Assembly (NCBI RefSeq): GCF_006345805.1
Contig: NC_043003.1
Coordinates: forward strand, 65,472,001-65,536,000
DNA: 64,000 nucleotides
Origin: Octopus sinensis
Lineage: Eukaryota
Reading direction: 5' to 3'
Each line of letters opens with the position of its first letter. Within the stretch, counting starts at the first letter, position 1. This document shows positions 62,350 to 64,000 of the stretch, one piece after another. Under the pieces are notes generated by a model. The model ran no database searches, was not told the DNA's origin, and was given only the letters and a program-made list of their open reading frames with translations. A program made the position numbers and the translations under genes.

Positions 62350-63257
62350 ATAGATAGATAGATAGATAGATAGATAGAAAGCTAGATAGATTAATAGACA
62401 AATAGATAGATAGACAGATATATAAATGAATTGATGGATAGAAGGATAGATAGATATATTTCTTTATTTAGCCACACAGGGCTGCACACAGACAGGACAA
62501 AATTACAAGGTAGAGCTTTTCTTTTGGGCGTTAAAGAAGGGGGTTTGGTTTTCGATCAAAAGGGATCGTAAATGGAAAGAAAGAGGACACAAAAGGGAGG
62601 GGGATAGATAGATAGATAGATAGATAGACAGATAGATTGATGGATAGATAGATGGATAGCTAGATAGATACACACAAATAACAAATAGTGAAGTAGAAAC
62701 ACAAAAGGATCCCTGTATGGTTTCTCACAGGAGAGCACATATAACTGAATATTTTTTTTATTTAGTAAATCTCTTAGGTTTTCTTCTCTAAATTTATTTA
62801 TTTACACATTTGGTGAGGGGTGGGCTTCACAAAAGACTGAATGAACTAAACTATGAAGCCAATTACGTTTCCTCACATTTTACTTCTCTAATCAGGTATG
62901 TGATTTTGCTGTTGCAGTTGTTAAATACCTAACACAATTTTGCGTGTGTGTGTGTGTGTGTGTGTGTGGTGCTCCAGAATGACCGTAGTCTGAAACGAAT
63001 AAAATGAATAAATAAATAAATATTTCTACATTATGTTTACATATCTTGACGATCTGAGTTCAAACTCCGCCAAGGCCGACTTTGACTTTCATCCTTTCGG
63101 GGGTCGATAAATTAAGAACCAGTTGTGTACTGGAGTCCATCTAATCGACTGGCCCCCTCTCCTAAAATTCCGGGCCTAATGTCTTGAGTAGAAAAGATTA
63201 TGTGTGTGTCTGTATGTTTGTATATATATATATATATATAATATATATATATATATA
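61004..63257 (+). repeat. Tandem duplication of a ~1.1-kb unit bounded by (TA)n
   Basis: Track ORFs 61073/62186 and 61443/62556 are offset by exactly 1113 bp; the non-microsatellite sequence looks identical by eye. Confidence 0.95.
61925..62075 (+). mobile_element. SINE family A 3' part (duplicated at about 63045-63195)
   Basis: CTGAGTTCAAACTCCGCCAAGGCCGACTTTGACTTTCATCCTTTCGGGGGTCGATAAATTAAGAACCAGTT. Confidence 0.88.
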
Positions 63258-64000
63258 CTAGCAGTATCGCCCGGCGTTGCTCGGGTTTGTAAGGGAAATA
63301 ACTATATAAGCATTTTTAGAGAGTTACTTCCCTTATAGATGCCAATTCGGGCTTTCTTAGCCATTTCTGTTTTGGTGTCTTGCAGCCATGAAGTCGATGT
63401 TCTAAAAGAACGCTGGTCTCCTTCACAACGCTTTACGACGTTGATTTCCTTACACTCCCTTCCCCACAGCTTCACGAGGGAGGGAAGAAGGGGGAGAAGC
63501 AAACAGGTGCAGGTGTGACCATGGACGCCAACTCCGCCGCCATCGACACACGAAAAATTATGCATTAAAATGGAATAAAAAATGATGTTAAATTATTTTT
63601 AAAATCGTAGACTCATCGTAGACGCGCGCTAATACTCAGACGAGCTCGATATGAATCACGACTATAAGATACCCGAATTTGGTTAAACTGCACCGCAAAA
63701 TGTGGGACTAGTTAGGAATCTAAATCGAAGGGGACAGACACTCACACAACTACAGTTTTATATATATACTAGCAGTATCGCCCGGCGTTGCTCGGGTTTG
63801 TAAGGGAAATAACTATATAAGCATCTTTAGATGCCAATTCGGGCTTTCTTAGCCATTTTTGTTTTGGTGTCTTCAAGCCATGAAGTCGTTGTTCTAAAAG
63901 AACGCTGGTCTCCTTCACAACGCTTTACGACGTTGATTTCTTTACACTCCCTTCCCCACAGCTTCACGAGGGAGGGAAGGGGGAGAAGCAAACAGGTGCA
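63257..64000 (+). mobile_element. Tandem non-autonomous Helitron/Helentron (DINE-1/HINE-like), 511-bp unit; second copy runs off the window
   Basis: Both units (63257, 63768) start ACTAGCAGTATCGCCCGGCGTTGCTCGGG (subterminal hairpin CCCG...CGGG); unit 1 has an inverted repeat TAAGGGAAATAACT/AGTTACTTCCCTTA and ends GACAGACACTCACACAAC...TTTTATATATAT. Confidence 0.7.

Overview
AT-rich, microsatellite-saturated eukaryotic intronic or intergenic DNA. The SINE and repeat families resemble, from memory, those of Octopus (inference, not database-checked). No host protein-coding gene can be supported: most ORFs in the track are translated (TA)n, (ATCT)n, (AAT)n or (CA)n repeats. The window is a mosaic of mobile elements: about 25 tRNA-type SINE copies in three families, a 3.8-kb 5'-truncated CR1-group LINE (44679-48491; ORF1 part, APE, RT; AGTGAC target-site duplication) with two short 3' copies, an older CR1-type 3' fragment, an R4/Dong-type endonuclease fragment inside an AAT microsatellite, a mariner 3' end, several fold-back MITE-like elements, Penelope-like remnants, a 1.1-kb tandem duplication and a tandem DINE-1/Helentron-like element at the right edge. 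The most interesting object is the sequence the large LINE inserted into: a 362-bp tandemly repeated unit (44246-44678, resuming at 48492-48552) carrying a type I hammerhead ribozyme motif with a compensatory U3-A8 core (UUGAUAA...GAAACAUGUC) at the apex of a ~130-nt paired rod. This fits a non-LTR retrozyme or Penelope pseudo-LTR. An inverted copy and a 48-bp templated duplication of flanking DNA lie next to it. Several other hammerhead-like motifs, mostly degenerate, occur elsewhere in the window.
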